64,000 nucleotides of DNA from positions 11,098,001 to 11,162,000 of the forward strand of contig JAWMAR010000028.1 of the NCBI GenBank assembly GCA_036785375.1, in the 5' to 3' direction. Origin of the DNA: Leucoraja ocellata. Taxonomy: Eukaryota. Positions within the stretch are counted from its first letter, which is position 1. Every line of letters begins with the position of its first letter. The translations under genes were made by a program, and so were the position numbers. This document shows positions 1 to 11,859 of the stretch, piece after piece. Below the pieces are notes generated by a model. The model saw only the letters and a list, made by a program, of their open reading frames with translations. It was not told the DNA's origin and made no database searches.

Positions 1-189
1 AGAGATGGACTCTGTGTCAGTATTAAACATTAAGCTACCTGGATACGAGAGGTTTATACCAAATGGGATGAGCTTATATGGAGCATCTTTGTCGGCATGG
101 ACGAGGTGGGCTGAAGGGCCTGTTTCCATGCTGTATGACTCCATGAAATACACACTATCCTCAAACTAAACAACAAGCACGAGTCAAAG

Positions 190-840
190 ATAATGTCATG
201 GTTAACACCAATTCCCTGAAAATGGTGTGACAGGAGGAAAGGGTGGTCAAGATGGCTTTTGGCACATTGGCATCAATCAGGATATTGAGTATAGAAGATA
301 GATTAAAAAAGCTGGTGTAACTCAGCGGGACAGGCAGCATCTCTGGAGAGAAGGAATGGGTGATGTTTCTGGTCGAGACACTGCTTCAGGGTCTCGACCC
401 AAAACATCACCCATTCAGAGATGCTGCCTGAGTTACCGAGCTAGCTGAGTTACTCCAGCTTTTTGTGTCTATCTTCGGTTTAAAACCAGCATCTGCCGTT
501 CCTTCCTACATTTTGAGTACAGAAATTGAGAGGTTATGTTACAGTTGTACAAGAGGCCACATTTGGAATATTCTGTTCAAAATCCTGTTAAGAGGAAAAA
601 TGTTGTTAAGCTGGAGAGAGTGCAGAGATAATTTATGAGGATATTGACAGCAATTGAGGACCTGAGCAATGGGAGAGGTTGGGCAGCCCTGGACTTTATT
701 CCTTATAGTGCAGGAGGCTGATCTTGTAGAGATGTATAAGATCATGAGGGAAATAGATAGTGTCGATGCACAGTATCTTTTACTCAGAGGAATCAAGAAC
801 TTGAGGTCATGTTTAAGGTGAGAGAGGTAAGAGGTAAGAA
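190..840 (+). mobile_element. Old degraded CR1-type LINE fragment (RT C-terminal region), continuing at ~1326-1545 and interrupted by two younger insertions
   Basis: Degenerate CR1 ORF2 motifs (aggccacatttggaatattctgttca; gctggagagagtgcagagataattt; gatcttgtagagatgtataagatcatga). Boundaries approximate. Confidence 0.75.
297..512. mobile_element. Inverted pair of short Penelope-like/hammerhead-motif repeat fragments with a 12-bp TSD
   Basis: The arms gctggtgtaactcagcgggacaggcagcatctctg and cagagatgctgcctg...gctgagttactccagc face each other. Flanked by ttgagtatagaa (285-296) and ttgagtacagaa (513-524). Confidence 0.7.
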
Positions 841-844
841 CTTG

Positions 845-1325
845 ATGTCAGGACTGTCTGGGATGTCAGGACTGTCTTATGAAGAAAGACTGGATAGACT
901 TGGTTTATACTCTCTAGAATTTAGGAGATTGAGAGGGGATCTTATAGAAACTTACAAAATTCTTAAGGGGTTGGACAGGCTAGATGCAGGAAGATTGTTC
1001 CCGATGTTGGGGAAGTCCAGGACAAGGGGTCACAGCTTAAGGATAAGGGGGAAATCCTTTAAAACCGAGATGAGGAGAACTTTTTTCACACAGAGAGTGG
1101 TGAATCTCTGGAACTCTCTGCCACAGAGGGTAGTTGAGGCCAGTTCATTGGCTATATTTAAGAGGGAGTTAGATGTGGCCCTTGTGGCCAAGGGGATCAG
1201 AGGGTATGGAGAGAAGGCAGGTACAGGATACTGAGTTGGATGATCAGCCATGATCATATTGAATGGCGGTGCAGGCTCGAAGGGCCGAATGGCCTACTCC
1301 TGCACCTACTTTCTATGTTTCTATG
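845..1325 (+). mobile_element. Young 5'-truncated CR1-type LINE (RT C-terminus, 3' UTR, short (TTCTATGT)n tail)
   Basis: ORF 809-1234 contains SYEERLDRLGLYSLEFRRLRGDLIETYKILKG...RTRGHSLRI...FFTQRVVNLWNSLP, typical of the CR1 ORF2 end. The 3' UTR has gaagggccgaatggcctactcctgc. Confidence 0.92.
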
Positions 1326-1801
1326 TTGAGGGGCAGCTTTTTCACACAGAACGTGGTGGATATATGAATGGAGGAGGTAATTGAAGCAGGTACGATAACA
1401 ACATTTTAAAGTAATTGGATAGGTACACGGTTAGGAAAGGTTGAGAGGGATATGGGCTAAACGCAAGCAGGTGGGACTAGTATAGATTGGGCATCTTGGT
1501 TGGAATGAGCGAAGGGGCCTGTTCCCCACGCTGTATGACTCTATGACCAATCCTATGTTTCACATCCTGATTGAATTGATCTCCACGTCAGTGCTTCGAA
1601 GGCAAGAGTTCAACATTGTGCTGAGCTTACACATCTGACCATTTACAGCCTGCCAGGGTCAAACCCCCATACTTCAGAGTTCAGCACCTGGCCAGTTAAA
1701 CAGCTGCAAAGAGACACAGAGGTGTATTTCTACAACGAAAGACGCAGTGTACTGGAGTAACTCAGCGGCTCAGGCAGCATCTCTGGAGAACATGGATAGG
1801 T

Positions 1802-1829
1802 GACGTTTCGGGTCGGGACCCTTCTTCAG
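1802..1829 (-). ncRNA. Candidate minimal hammerhead motif within a short repeat (~1735-1831)
   Basis: The minus strand reads CTGAAGA-A-GGGT-CCCG-ACCC-GAAACGTC. Confidence 0.55.
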
Positions 1830-2109
1830 ACAGCATATCAGAGGCCAGCAGCAAGTCAGAGTCAAAGATAGTGCAAAGATATCTTTGCACTTTGTACACC
1901 ATACCAGAACTAAATAACAGGCCGGGGTTTAGCAACAAGCCAGAGTTAAACACCTTTCCCGATTTAAAGATGCCATCGCTGTTAAAAAGCCAGTCAGAGG
2001 TAAAATCAGTGCCAGGGGCCAGACACTCTGCCCATGCATGCACATTGCCATAGGTCAGCATCAGACCGGAGGTACCCAGTCATCCTGAATTAGTCACCAT
2101 GCTGGTGCT

Positions 2110-2742
2110 AATTCAAGCTAATGTAATGTTGGCCTTCATAACAAGAGGATTTTCAATTAAGAGGTTCTTCTGCAGTTGTATAGGGCTCTGGTGAGACCAC
2201 ATCTAGAGTATTGTGTACTGTTTTGGTCTCCTAATTTGAGGAATGACATCCTTGTGATTGAGGCAGTGCAGCGTAGGTTCACGAGATTGATCCCTGGGAT
2301 GGCGGGAGTGTCATATGAGGAAAGATTGAAAAGACTAGGCGTTTAAAAGGATGAGGGGGATCTTATAGAAACATAAAATTATAAAAGGACTGGACAAGGT
2401 AGATGCAGGAAAAAATGTTCCCAATGTTGGGGAGTCCAGAACTAGGGGCCACAGTCTAAGAATAAAGGGGAGGTCATTTAAGACTGAGGTGAGAAAAAAC
2501 TTTTTCACCCAGAGTTGTGAATTTATGGAATTCCCTGCCACAGAGGGCAGTGGAGGCCAAGTCACTGGATGGATTTAAAAGAGAGTTAGATAGAGCTCTA
2601 GGAGCTAGTGGAGTCAAAGGATATGGTGAGAAGGCAGGCACGGGTTATTGATAGGGGATGATCAGCCATGATCACAATGAATGGCGGTGCTGGCTCGAAG
2701 GGCCGAATGGCCTCCTCCTGCACCTATTTTCTATGTTTCTAT
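2110..2742 (+). mobile_element. CR1-type LINE 3' fragment (frameshifted)
   Basis: Homologous to 845-1325 with additional upstream RT sequence; ends in ttttctatgtttctatg. Confidence 0.88.
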
Positions 2743-2940
2743 GCTGCTGCTTCACAGCGCCACACACTGGGCTTCCAACCTGACCTCAGCTGCTGCCTGT
2801 GTGATGTTTGCACGTTCTTTCCGTGACCGCGTGGGTTTCCCTCGGGTGCTCCGGTTTCCTCCCACATCCCAAAGGCGTGCAGGTTTGTAGGGTAATAGTG
2901 TGTTGGGCTGGCTGATGGGCTTGTTTCCACGCTGTATCTC
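2743..2940 (+). mobile_element. HE1/V-SINE-like SINE
   Basis: V-domain-like core tttgcacgttctttccgtgaccgcgtgggtttccctcgggtgctccggtttcctcccaca, with a CR1-like tail ttgtttccacgctgtatctc. Confidence 0.8.
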
Positions 2941-4239
2941 TTGATAGTAGTCACAATGCCAGTGTTATACAGTCTGCCACAGTTGGTCACAATGTCAGTG
3001 TTTAGTTTTGCTTAATCTGGTTTAGTTTAGTTTAGTGCCGCATTGCAGACCATACCAGTGACTGTTTAGTTTAGTGCCACCACCCTGTTAGATGCCATGC
3101 ATTAAGGACCATGTCTGTGTTTAGTTTACTTTAGCGCCACCACTCTTAGAGATCATGCGTTAAAGACCATGCCCGCCAAAAGCACCTTGCCAAAAGTTCA
3201 GCACTTGAACAGAGTTACACACGGCGGCTGTGTTAAATAAACAAGGTGGGGGGCAGGATTCCACAATGCACATCGTTTAATGATGTGCCTAAATTAAGAA
3301 GATAGTATATTTAAACCCTGGGTGGTTTACGCGCTGTGGCAGAGTTAAACGCCTGGAGATGTACACAGTGCCAGAGTCAGATATATACGCCAGTCCCATC
3401 CCCGTTAGCGGGAGGCCAGTGTTTGTTAACCAGCGCCAGGCTCCGGCAAAATGACAGAAGGATACATACAGCGACTAGTTACAAACAGCAACGCACGCGA
3501 GTTCTGCAGGAACCCCTTCTTCACACCTCTAACTTCTCACTCCCCTGACTCTCAGCCTGAAGAAATGTCTCGACCCGAAGCGTCACATCCCTTCCCCCTC
3601 CAGAGATGCTGCCTGTCCCGCTGAGTTACTCCAGCATCTTGTGTCTATCTGCAGGAACTGAGGTTGTCCACCGCGGTGTAAATACAACAGCAACACTCTG
3701 GAAATGGACACCACAATACCATACGGTTTATTTGTCACATTGCACATAAAGTGCAAGTGACATGAATAAACTCGAGAGACATGGGAGATATAGATCGCAC
3801 CGGATTTATAAATGCGCCGCGTCCGAATTACGCGCCTTAAATGGAACCAAAAATAGTTACGTCGAGTTATTCAATGCCACACAAGGACTGTGCGTCAAAT
3901 AAAATGGTTTTGTTTAATGATACAGCGTGGAAACAGGCCCTTCAGCCCACCGAGTCTGCGTTCACCCCTAGTTCACCTAACCAGCTTCTGGGAGCTTGAA
4001 GCAGAGTTGGCGCATGTACCAATGCCAATGCTCTCTTCACACACTCACAGTCTGAGCAAAGATCAATTCCCATATTTCCACTTAGCTATAAAAGATGGGA
4101 AATATTTGGATGGATTAAAGATGGATATTTCCTAATTGGAATAAACTGGAATAATTCCTCATTGGAATAAAAGTGATCAAATCTCTGAGAAACTTTCAAG
4201 TTTCTGAAGCAACGTTTTCAAATTTGAACTTTTTTAATG

Positions 4240-4527
4240 TTTAGAGTTTGGAGATATAGCATGGAAACAGGCCATTCCGCCCACCGAGATCATACTGGCC
4301 CTCTATCACCCGTTCAAACCAGTATCCCAATTTCTCATCCACTCCCCACACACTGGGGCAATTCATAGAGGATAAATTAACCAACAAACCCGCACGTCTT
4401 TATGATGTGGGAGAAAACCGGAGTACCCGGGAGAAACCCACGCGGTCACAGGGAGAAGGTGCAAACTCCACAAGGGCAGCACCCGAGGTCAGGGTGGAAC
4501 CCGGGTCTCTGGTGCTGTGAGGCAGCT
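4240..4527 (-). mobile_element. HE1/V-SINE-like SINE (second copy at ~34335-34623)
   Basis: Reverse complement of the same core: tgtgggagaaaaccggagtacccgggagaaacccacgcggtcacagggagaaggtgcaaactccac. Confidence 0.85.
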
Positions 4528-5080
4528 TCCAACCAGCGCCAGGATTGTTCACCAGGTTGGGTAATGTGCTAACGGAGTCGCCCATCTGTCGGGCTGGAGC
4601 AGGTAACGCTGTGGGCCAGATCTGCACTCAATATTTCAGCACCACTGCGGCCTGGGCGATGCACAAAGTACAGGAGCCGCTGGTGCCCGGCGCCACCCCA
4701 CCGCCTCGCCCCACAGCACAATATTTCCACGTGAGCCGCTCGGCCTCGAAGTCCTCAGAGCAGGATGTCCTCAGTGTATAAGGAACTGCAAGCGCTGCGT
4801 TATGCCGATCGATACATAGTACTGGAGTAACTCAGCGAGTCAGGCAGCATCGGGTGACATTTCGGGTCGAGATCCTTCTTCAGACACCTCTGAACACAGA
4901 TATCCTACAGATGTGCTCTGTGCCTGGAGCCAACTCCCAGACTAGTCCTCCCGCCAACTTCACACCCCGGCCTCCTTCCTGGTCCCCAAAGGCCAATTGG
5001 TAAGAGCAGAGACACTCGTCTTCCTGGTCTTTACTGAACCCGATCCCTGTCCCCACACCAACCGCAAACATTGATCAGCA

Positions 5081-5445
5081 TAGAAACATAGCTAGATAGA
5101 AAATAGGTGCAGTAGGCCATTCAGCCCTTCGAGCCAGCACTGCCATTCAATGTGATCATGGCTGATCATCCACAATCAGTACCACGCTCCTGCTTTCTCC
5201 CCATATCCCTTGTTTCCGTTAGCCCGAAGAGCTAAACCTAACTCTCTTAAAAACATCCAGTGAATCGGCCTCCACTGCCTTCAGTGGCAGAGAATTCCAC
5301 AGATTCACAACTCTCTGGGTAAAAACGTTTTTCCTCATCTCAGCCCTAAATGGCCTGCCACTTATTCTTGAGCTGTGACCTCTGGTTCTGGACTCCCCCA
5401 ACATCGGGAACATTTTTCCTGCATCTAGCCTGTCCAATCCCTTAA
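5081..5445 (-). mobile_element. CR1-type LINE 3' end (second copy at ~35173-35536)
   Basis: ORF 5219-5584 contains LKGLDRLDAGKMFPMLGESRTRGHS...FTQRVVNLWNSLP; the tail reads tagaaacatag on the + strand. Confidence 0.9.
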
Positions 5446-5479
5446 GTTTGGACATAAGCATGGATGAAGTAGTATCCAG

Positions 5480-6020
5480 TCTGAGGAAAGGTCCCGGCCC
5501 TACTCGTTGTTTGTCTATTCCCTCCGCAGATGCTGCCTGGCCCGCTGAGTTCCTCCAGCACTTTGTGCTTTGCTCAAGATCCAAGCATCTGCAGTTCCCC
5601 GTGGCTCCATTTTACTGCTCCATTTGTATACCAGCTTTGAAGAAGTTCTCCTCTTCTCTCCAATGGCCAGACCCTCTCTCACTGCACCCACTCCGTGATT
5701 CCTGCTGCTGCTATTGGTCTGGAGAATGGAGGGTAGAGCCAAGGAACTGCAGATGCTGGTTTATACCAAAGAGAGACACAAAGTATTGGAATAACTCAGC
5801 GGGTCAGCGAGTCTCATCAGAAACGTGACCCATCCTTTTTCTCCGAGGATGCTGACTAATCCGCGGAGTTCCTCCAGCATTTTGTGTCTATCTGAAGAAG
5901 GAAAGGTCCTGTCCCGGCGCTTCATCTGTCCATTTCCCTCCACAGATGCTGCCTGACCCGATGGGTTTTTTTTCCCTTGCACTTCATGTTTTGCTCAAGA
6001 TCCCAGCGTCTGCAATTCGT
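5480..6020. mobile_element. Cluster of short Penelope-like repeat fragments in both orientations
   Basis: Repeated gatgctgcctg(g/a)cccgctgagtt.ctccagca and gaactgcagatgctgg motifs. Confidence 0.7.
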
Positions 6021-9000
6021 TGTGGCTCGTGTCCCGGATAGGTTCGATACAGTCCTTGGTTGGTCGACCAACGGCGGTGGGAGGGGTGGGAGACTAGTGA
6101 AAGGCTCATTGCTTAACTGGAGACTTCTCCCTCTCTGGTGACGGCCCGCATTCCGGTTGCAAGGAGGGGTGGGTGGGGGGGGGGGGGGGGGGGAGACGAG
6201 GAACTAGGCAACATGACTTCACAGTTTGGTGCGCTCTGTATAACACACGTTGCACAAGAAAGAGGCGATGCGTGGAAGTACGGATTCTGTGATCACAAAG
6301 CGCTGGCCGAACTCAGCGGGTCAGGCAGCATCTGTGTGGGGCGATGGACATACATGTTTTTGTCCGAGTGACTCCGCCTGTGCATAGTCTACCTCCTGTG
6401 ATGGGAGCACAGAGATCGGGAAAGGGGAGGGGATGGCAGAGATATTGAGAGACTGGATGTTAGCTGTAAATTTGACTAAATGAAGGGGTTCTGCGAGGGC
6501 GGTGTGGCAAAGAAATATCCCGGGAATGGTGCCAGGGTCTGTTTGGAAAAAGCTGCACAATAACACCAAGGAACTTGAAGGAGTCAAAGTCACTCGACTA
6601 ACAAATTAAATGCCATTTAATCCCTTTATTTACTTTTCGGGTGAAATTGGATTGGCTCGTGATTGCAACCTTTGAAATATCCCAACTAGATGTGTAACGC
6701 CAAGTGTAAGAGGAACTCAGCGGGTCGGGCAGCATCTGGGTTCCTGCAGCATTTTGCGTTTTCGTCAAGAATCCCGCATCTGCAGTTTCTTGTGTCTGGC
6801 CTTATGCAGAGATGCTTACAATTCTTAGTGGTATAATTTACACTGTCCACCCAACACTACGGGACCAATAACGTTGGGAGGCCTAGGCGGGTGGTGGCGT
6901 TTCCCACACGGGAGACACGGGCCTCGGATCTGCAGTGTTACACACCCCCTCCGCTCTGGGAGATGCTGGTGGGAGAGGGCTCGCAAATAAATATCCGTGA
7001 TGGGGTCGGGCGCAGCGCTCTCACTGTGTACGGGTGGGAATAACGCGCAACTTCCCGCTAAAGCGATGCTGAACTCCGGAGACCAGATTTTGTTGGCAGT
7101 TTGTAGCCGGCGCCATGACAACCCGTCTCTGCTCGTTTACCGCTGATCCGTTCTCAGTTGATTTATTTACTTTTCATGTAAGGGGGAACTCCATTAATCT
7201 ACTCTGGGAAGGCGAAGGGAAGCTTTGAGTGGCGCGGAGCTACGGTGTGTAAGCGGTATAACAACTCTTGCAGTGAAGCTGAAACACACACTTGTGGTGC
7301 TACATGGATGAACACCAAAAACTAAACAGCATTTAATCGTGCCTGGTGATAGGTGGGGTAGCATAAGTGTGTATACTTTAGATACTACTTTAGCATTGGG
7401 AATGGCTTTCTTGGTTGAGCGCTTATCCTTGTTTATAGCACAAGTAATTTGTGCTATAATAGTCATTCAAACTCTCATTTCTCCAGTATTTCCCGATTTA
7501 TATGGAGGAATATTATCCATAAAGTAAGGTTAATTTCAGGACTAACCCTTCTCATGTAACCAATGGCGGGGGAGATGTGCAATGTCAATGGGCGAGGGTG
7601 GTCGGGGTGTTACAATAGACAGCTGTAGTTTCCGTGTNNNNNNNNNNNNNNNNNNNNNNNNNNNNNNNNNNNNNNNNNNNNNNNNNNNNNNNNNNNNNNN
7701 NNNNNNNNNNNNNNNNNNNNNNNNNNNNNNNNNNNNNNNNNNNNNNNNNNNNNNNNNNNNNNNNNNNNNNNNNNNNNNNNNNNNNGTGCGTGTGTGCGAG
7801 CGTATGTGTGTAAATGCGTGTGTGTGCATGCGTACCTGTGTGTGTGTGTGTACGTGTGCCTGTGTGCGCGGGTGTATGTGCGTCTGTGCGTGCGTGTGTG
7901 AGAGAGAGGGCGAGAGAGAGCAAACCCATCTTTGCGGGAGAGTAACCCATCTTGCTCCGCTATAACATATTTGAGAGAGAGTGTGTGTGTGTATATGTGT
8001 GTGCGTGCGGGTGTTGTTTCGTTGTGACTTTGAGTTGATCAGGGAGATTATCAGGATCCAGGGTCCGACTGATTTGCAAAGCCTTCAACACGTCCGGCCC
8101 TTGTCATAGCTGCCTCCCATTATCCGGCAACAGTATAAAATATAACGTTTTCTGTTTAATAGACTACCGTCTCCTCTGTGATGAGCAACAGTCACTGTAA
8201 ACACTGTATGATTTCACATTTAAGAGTTCAGAACACAAAAAGTAGAGAAACTATTAGCTCTGTAAAGCGTCTAAAGGGAGGGAGGTGGTGATAGTTGTCT
8301 GTGACTGCGACAATTACACCGGACACGTCTTTGATTTCATTTTACCATTTATTTCTATTTCGGGATGACGATGTTATAGAAGATAATGTGTATTGTGGTC
8401 TGCCTTATTCCCCAAAGTTATTATTCTTGCATTCCACTGCTATAACATAAAACAGTGGAATCAGCCGTTTGATCTCCTGCCTGACACCATGAGAATCAAA
8501 TGTTCACACGCCGGAGACTCGGAAATGTTCTAAATGTGCACGTTAATAAAATGCGAGCATTAAATAATGTCCTTTCAGTTTTTACTGTTCAAAAGTGGCA
8601 ACACAGCGAAGCAGTGCTGTTTTAGACGAGATCCACGTATGGGCTGCATCTCCTGAAGACATCTTTTTGCAAAGAAGAATTCTTCATTATATCTGCACTA
8701 TTTTTCAGTCTGAGGACCGATTTTCCTTTTTTAAACACCCTGTTTTGAAATGATGGCGAACTCAATGCTCGCTCTCAAGATTTTCCTGTTTTTAAACCTG
8801 GTCCTTTTTTAGGTCTTAGAACCACAGGCCGATTCAACTTTGCTTTATATCAAAATGTACCAAATAGTTTAGTTTCCAACGAAGAGTGCCCCCGAATATC
8901 CAACTGTCACCGGTGTGAAGAACTATCCCAACAGGGACTGAATGTTTTTAATAAGAACAACTTTAAAAATGTCGTGCAGAACCCATAAAACAATAACAAT

Positions 9001-9109
9001 TCGTCCCCAGTTTCATACCACTAAGTATTTGTTGTTTGTGTTGCGCGAGGTTTGCAAAGGTTATAACTTGAACAATCTCCAATGTGTTTACATGTCGCAC
9101 CAACTACGG

Positions 9110-9205
9110 GATACGTTGACATATTCTGTTGTGCTGCTGCAAGTAAGAATGACATTGTTCTCTCTGGGATATGTCACAATAAACACACTCTTGAGTCTTG
9201 ACACT
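9110..9205 (+). mobile_element. LINE-like 3' terminus with AATAAA and a (TCTTGAC)-like tail; relatives at ~21900-22000 (+) and ~23205-23260 (-)
   Basis: gtgctgctgcaagtaagaatgacattgttctctctgggatatgtcacaataaacacactcttgagtcttgac recurs in degenerate form. Family not determined. Confidence 0.6.
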
Positions 9206-10979
9206 CCATAATGACGTTTGATATGGACACATTGTATCCCACAATATAGTTTCGTTTGGGATTTTTTCATCAACTAATTTGGCCATTTGGTTGCAACATG
9301 GTCGTGGTGAATGTTTAGTGAGCTGTCATCGCTATACTGTACTAATGAACGTGGAATGCGCCGTTTGATGTGCGTGGCTTTGCAATAAAGAAATACTGGC
9401 AAATGTTCCCCAACATTTAAAGGAACACAGCCCCTCGTGTTCCCTTTGCTATTTTTTTTATTTCCGATCGTCTCTACCGTAAGAATTTAAAAAAAAAACT
9501 GCTTCTTAAGATAACTGTCTTATTAAAAGCAGAAACAGGCGTGAGTCATAATATACCGCATGGTGACACTGTCAACTGAGACCGTTGGTAATGGTTGCGT
9601 GGTGGGAAAACTCCCAGAAACATCTGCATTAGGACATCACCCCAACGACACAACCATTAGCGTCGGTGTCCTCATGTCTAGTTTTAATATTGGAATGAAT
9701 ATAGAAAAAAACCCATATATGTATATATATATATGTATCTTACAATATATAGAGTTTTTATACTACTTTGGCATTGGGCTTGGGTTTCTTGGTTGANNNN
9801 NNNNNNNNNNNNNNNNNNNNNNNNNNNNNNNNNNNNNNNNNNNNNNNNNNNNNNNNNNNNNNNNNNNNNNNNNNNNNNNNNNNNNNNNNNNNNNNNNNNN
9901 NNNNNNNNNNNNNNNNNNNNNNNNNNNNNNNNNNNNNNNNNNNNNNNNNNNNNNNNNNNNNNNNNNNNNNNNNNNNNNNNNNNNNNNNNNNNNNNNNNNN
10001 NNNNNNNNNNNTGTGTATGTGTGTGCATAATTCAGTTATATATTGGAATCTTGATACATATATGAACCTATGTATTCATGGGTTCATATATGGTTCATAC
10101 ATATATATGTGTATATATATATACGTATCCATGGTATATATACGGTCTTGAAGAGGGTGGGGGAGTGTGCGTTGATCCAACAAATGAATCAGTTGAATAT
10201 AGATGAAGCTAACAATGTATTAGCGGCGTAAGTGCTTTGAGTCAGGGTGTTGCATAACAAGGACACGTTGCCTCAGAGAGGGAGTCATGTGTTGCATTAA
10301 GCAGTCGAGTGTGTTCGATACTGAAATCTGTTTATTACAATTAACATCAACCAATGAAAATGTATACATCACCCAAGAACAGTACTGACAATATTACATC
10401 CGACCCTTTGATAATTAAAAGAATTTAGAGAAAGTATTATAATGGCATGCACAATGTGTCTCAGTTTTGATTTTCAACCAGCAATACCAAAGTGTCGCCT
10501 GTGGGCTGGAAGGGCTTGCGAATTTAGACTCAAAATACCTTAACATTGATAATCCCTGTTATAAGAATGTCGCTCATAGACATCATAACCAAATCTCCAC
10601 ATTACAAATGGATATCAAATTGATTACACATTTAGAATCGTATAATACAGAAAAAGCGCTGCGTTTGATCTCCGAAAAATGGTTAATTTATCGTTCAGCT
10701 TGTCTGTGCAATGACCTGTCCTAACCGCATCCTAATTCTTTCCAATTCCAGCGCACACTTTATCTTCTCTCTACATGTATGTCCACTGATAGCTTAAAAG
10801 TAAAAAATATACAACACGTTGCGTCCTACATTAGCTTAAACATTCAAGCAAATGACATTTTGGAGTCTTATTATAGTTATGTATCTGAGTAAATTTTTAG
10901 GATATTTAATTGTGTGTTAATATAGTCTTTGTCTTCACTGATGTTGAATTCCGATCAACCTTCCCCCTTCTTAAAATAC

Positions 10980-11036
10980 CTAGGGAATTTTCAAACGTCG
11001 GGAGGTGTGGCTGTAATGCCCCAAGATTTGTTCTCC
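10980..11036 (-). CDS. lhx9: lhx9 copy 1 alternative last exon (Lhx9-alpha isoform, homeodomain truncated)
   Basis: Acceptor atttctttcag|GGA, phase 0 matching the exon 4 donor. Encodes GEQILGHYSHTSRRLKIP*, which matches the mammalian Lhx9-alpha C-terminus as I recall it (GEQILGHYSQTSRRLKIP). Confidence 0.88.
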   Translation of the reverse strand, partial: GEQILGHYSHTSRRLKIP

Positions 11037-11839
11037 CTGAAAGAAATCATAGTAACAGTTTATTAAACTACAGAGCAACCTGTCCTTACGGGGTCTTTTT
11101 GTTATGTTTTTTAACAAGGATAATATTTCCACCATTTCGTGAAAAACTATTTTGAAAAGGTAAATCTGCATTATTTGGACTTTTGGCATTATTTTTCCCT
11201 GAATCTGTAAAGTTTCAACTGATTTAGTCCCCCCTCCCCTTTAAAACAAAACTTGTGGGCCCCTAACCCACCGGAGCAGGTTTTTTAAATTCGAAGTCAT
11301 TTTGGGTCTCTCTCAATCTACGCTAACAACCTGAACTTATGTGCACGCTTGCTTCCTGATTATCTACAGCCGTGTTTCATTTACTGCGTCAAAGCACAGT
11401 TGCTTGTTTCACCTGTGTATGTCCCTGAAACATCTGTCATTTATTTCTAAATTAAGTGGCCATTCTAGAGTCGAAAATAGACAATTGAAAAAATAGAGAT
11501 CGTGGAAAAGTAATGTTGGTACAAACATACAATCTATAACCTTTGAAATAAACTCGATGTGTGGTGTATTCATTTCAGGCACTTTTTATAACATTAGTGC
11601 TTTTCTGCTTGAGCTGATAAAATGTTTAGTTCCTGATTTATTCATTTTAAATGGTGTTATGTCTCTACATTCGCCTGTTTGTATTATTACCGACATTTTC
11701 TGGTTTTCAAACGAGTTTCACGCGTAAGGTCACTCGCCCGTACACAATTCACATAGACGTAGTTCGAGGAACTTATTTGACATTATAATATAAACGCCGC
11801 ATGAAATAAGGCTGAACTGAAAACGATCAAACAAACTGG

Positions 11840-11859
11840 TTTAATCACACACTTTTAAT
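11840..11859 (-). terminator. Candidate poly(A) signals for the full-length lhx9 mRNA
   Basis: Two ATTAAA hexamers on the minus strand (11854-11859 and 11840-11845) followed by GU-rich gtttgtttgatcgttt, located between exon 5 and the alpha exon. Other AATAAA hexamers occur at 12196 and 12367. Confidence 0.4.

Noticed and set aside
809-1234. 141-aa ORF as a host gene
   Set aside because: It is the C-terminal end of a CR1 reverse-transcriptase ORF in a 5'-truncated insertion. The same applies to ORFs 5219-5584, 30531-30893 and 35313-35507.
3733-3762. Hairpin tgtcac-a-ttgcac-ataaa-gtgcaa-gtgaca as a miRNA or terminator
   Set aside because: It is too short for a pre-miRNA, and its position next to tttatt resembles the 3' stem-loop of a LINE remnant.
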